62,117 bases of DNA from an uncultured Chlorobiaceae bacterium (GTDB lineage: Bacteria > Bacteroidota > Chlorobiia > Chlorobiales > Chlorobiaceae): positions 1 through 62,117 of the forward strand of contig CAIVSG010000206.1 in the NCBI GenBank assembly GCA_903908555.1. The letters are read 5' to 3'. Numbering within the stretch: position 1 is the stretch's first letter; every line of letters begins with the position of its first letter. Both the position numbers and the translations under genes were made by a program. A model generated the notes under the pieces. It had not been told where the DNA came from. It saw nothing but the letters and a program-made list of their open reading frames with translations, and did no database searches. Positions 61,612 to 62,117 of the stretch are shown piece after piece.

Positions 61612-62117
61612 ATGAAAATTAGAAATAAAGCCTTGTTTGCTGTAATGCTGTCAGCAGTAACGACTGTCGGGCCCGCCGCATATGCCAAACCGTGGAACGT
61701 AATCGAACGTGCGAACAAGAGTTCACAAAGAAATCCTGATTCATACGGGTATTCGAACGCGATCATGAAATATGATTACGAAGCTGGCCAGTTATACCAG
61801 GTGTATTGTGCCCCTCTTCGTATCACTGATATTCAGCTCGAACCAGGAGAGGTTTTAACCTCTGAACCTGTCGGAGGTGATGCAGTCAGATGGATTCTTG
61901 CCAGAACCAAAGGAAAGCTGGACGGACTGGATCAGGAGCATATTTACATAAAGCCAACACGGCCGGGACTCAAAACAACATTAAGTCTCAATTCCAATTT
62001 GAGAACCTACCACATTGAGTTGACAAGTTTTGAGCGGACTTATATGGCAGCTGTTAGCTGGAATTATGAGCAGTATAACATGAAGCAGTTGCGTTTGGAA
62101 TCTCAAACTTCTATCGA
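61612..62117 (+). CDS. trbG: VirB9-like protein, truncated by the window end
   Basis: Manual translation: signal peptide, LYQVYCAPLRITDIQLEPGE, GGDAVRW, IKP, RTYHIEL, YMAAVSW. Confidence 0.9.
   Translation, partial: MKIRNKALFAVMLSAVTTVGPAAYAKPWNVIERANKSSQRNPDSYGYSNAIMKYDYEAGQLYQVYCAPLRITDIQLEPGEVLTSEPVGGDAVRWILARTKGKLDGLDQEHIYIKPTRPGLKTTLSLNSNLRTYHIELTSFERTYMAAVSWNYEQYNMKQLRLESQTSI

Overview
This 62 kb window reads as most of a conjugative element. It is probably a plasmid: it has a RepA_C-type initiator, iterons and ParA/RHH partitioning, and no integrase or tRNA site is visible. The host is unknown; the HU and neighbouring genes look Chlorobi-like, which is only an impression. Left (1-23.4 kb) is a mosaic defence island: a nuclease-STAND NTPase with an internally deleted partner, serine-resolvase copies, Tn3-type IRs and a ~280 bp Tn3-derived MITE, remnants of a group II intron RT, IS3 and type IIG/III RM genes, a caspase/CHAT-like orphan, and a tightly coupled five-gene DISARM-like operon (orf330, DrmE-like, NERD-SF1 helicase, DrmA, DrmB) with no drmC. 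Middle (23.4-41.6 kb) is the inferred leading region: an HTH-Dcm/Vsr/EcoRII-like RM system, umuDC, a TPR-HEXXH protein, SRAP, HU, a secreted nuclease, AbiE toxin-antitoxin, ardC and radC, interspersed with duplicated long stem-loop upstream elements resembling ssDNA promoters. Right (43-62 kb) holds parA/RHH, repA, about 14 dispersed 17-bp iterons with oriV, DUF2840-like, traF, oriT, relaxase, T4CP, CopG and trbBCDEJKLFG (trbG cut by the window end). All calls rest on motif recognition by eye; no searches were run.
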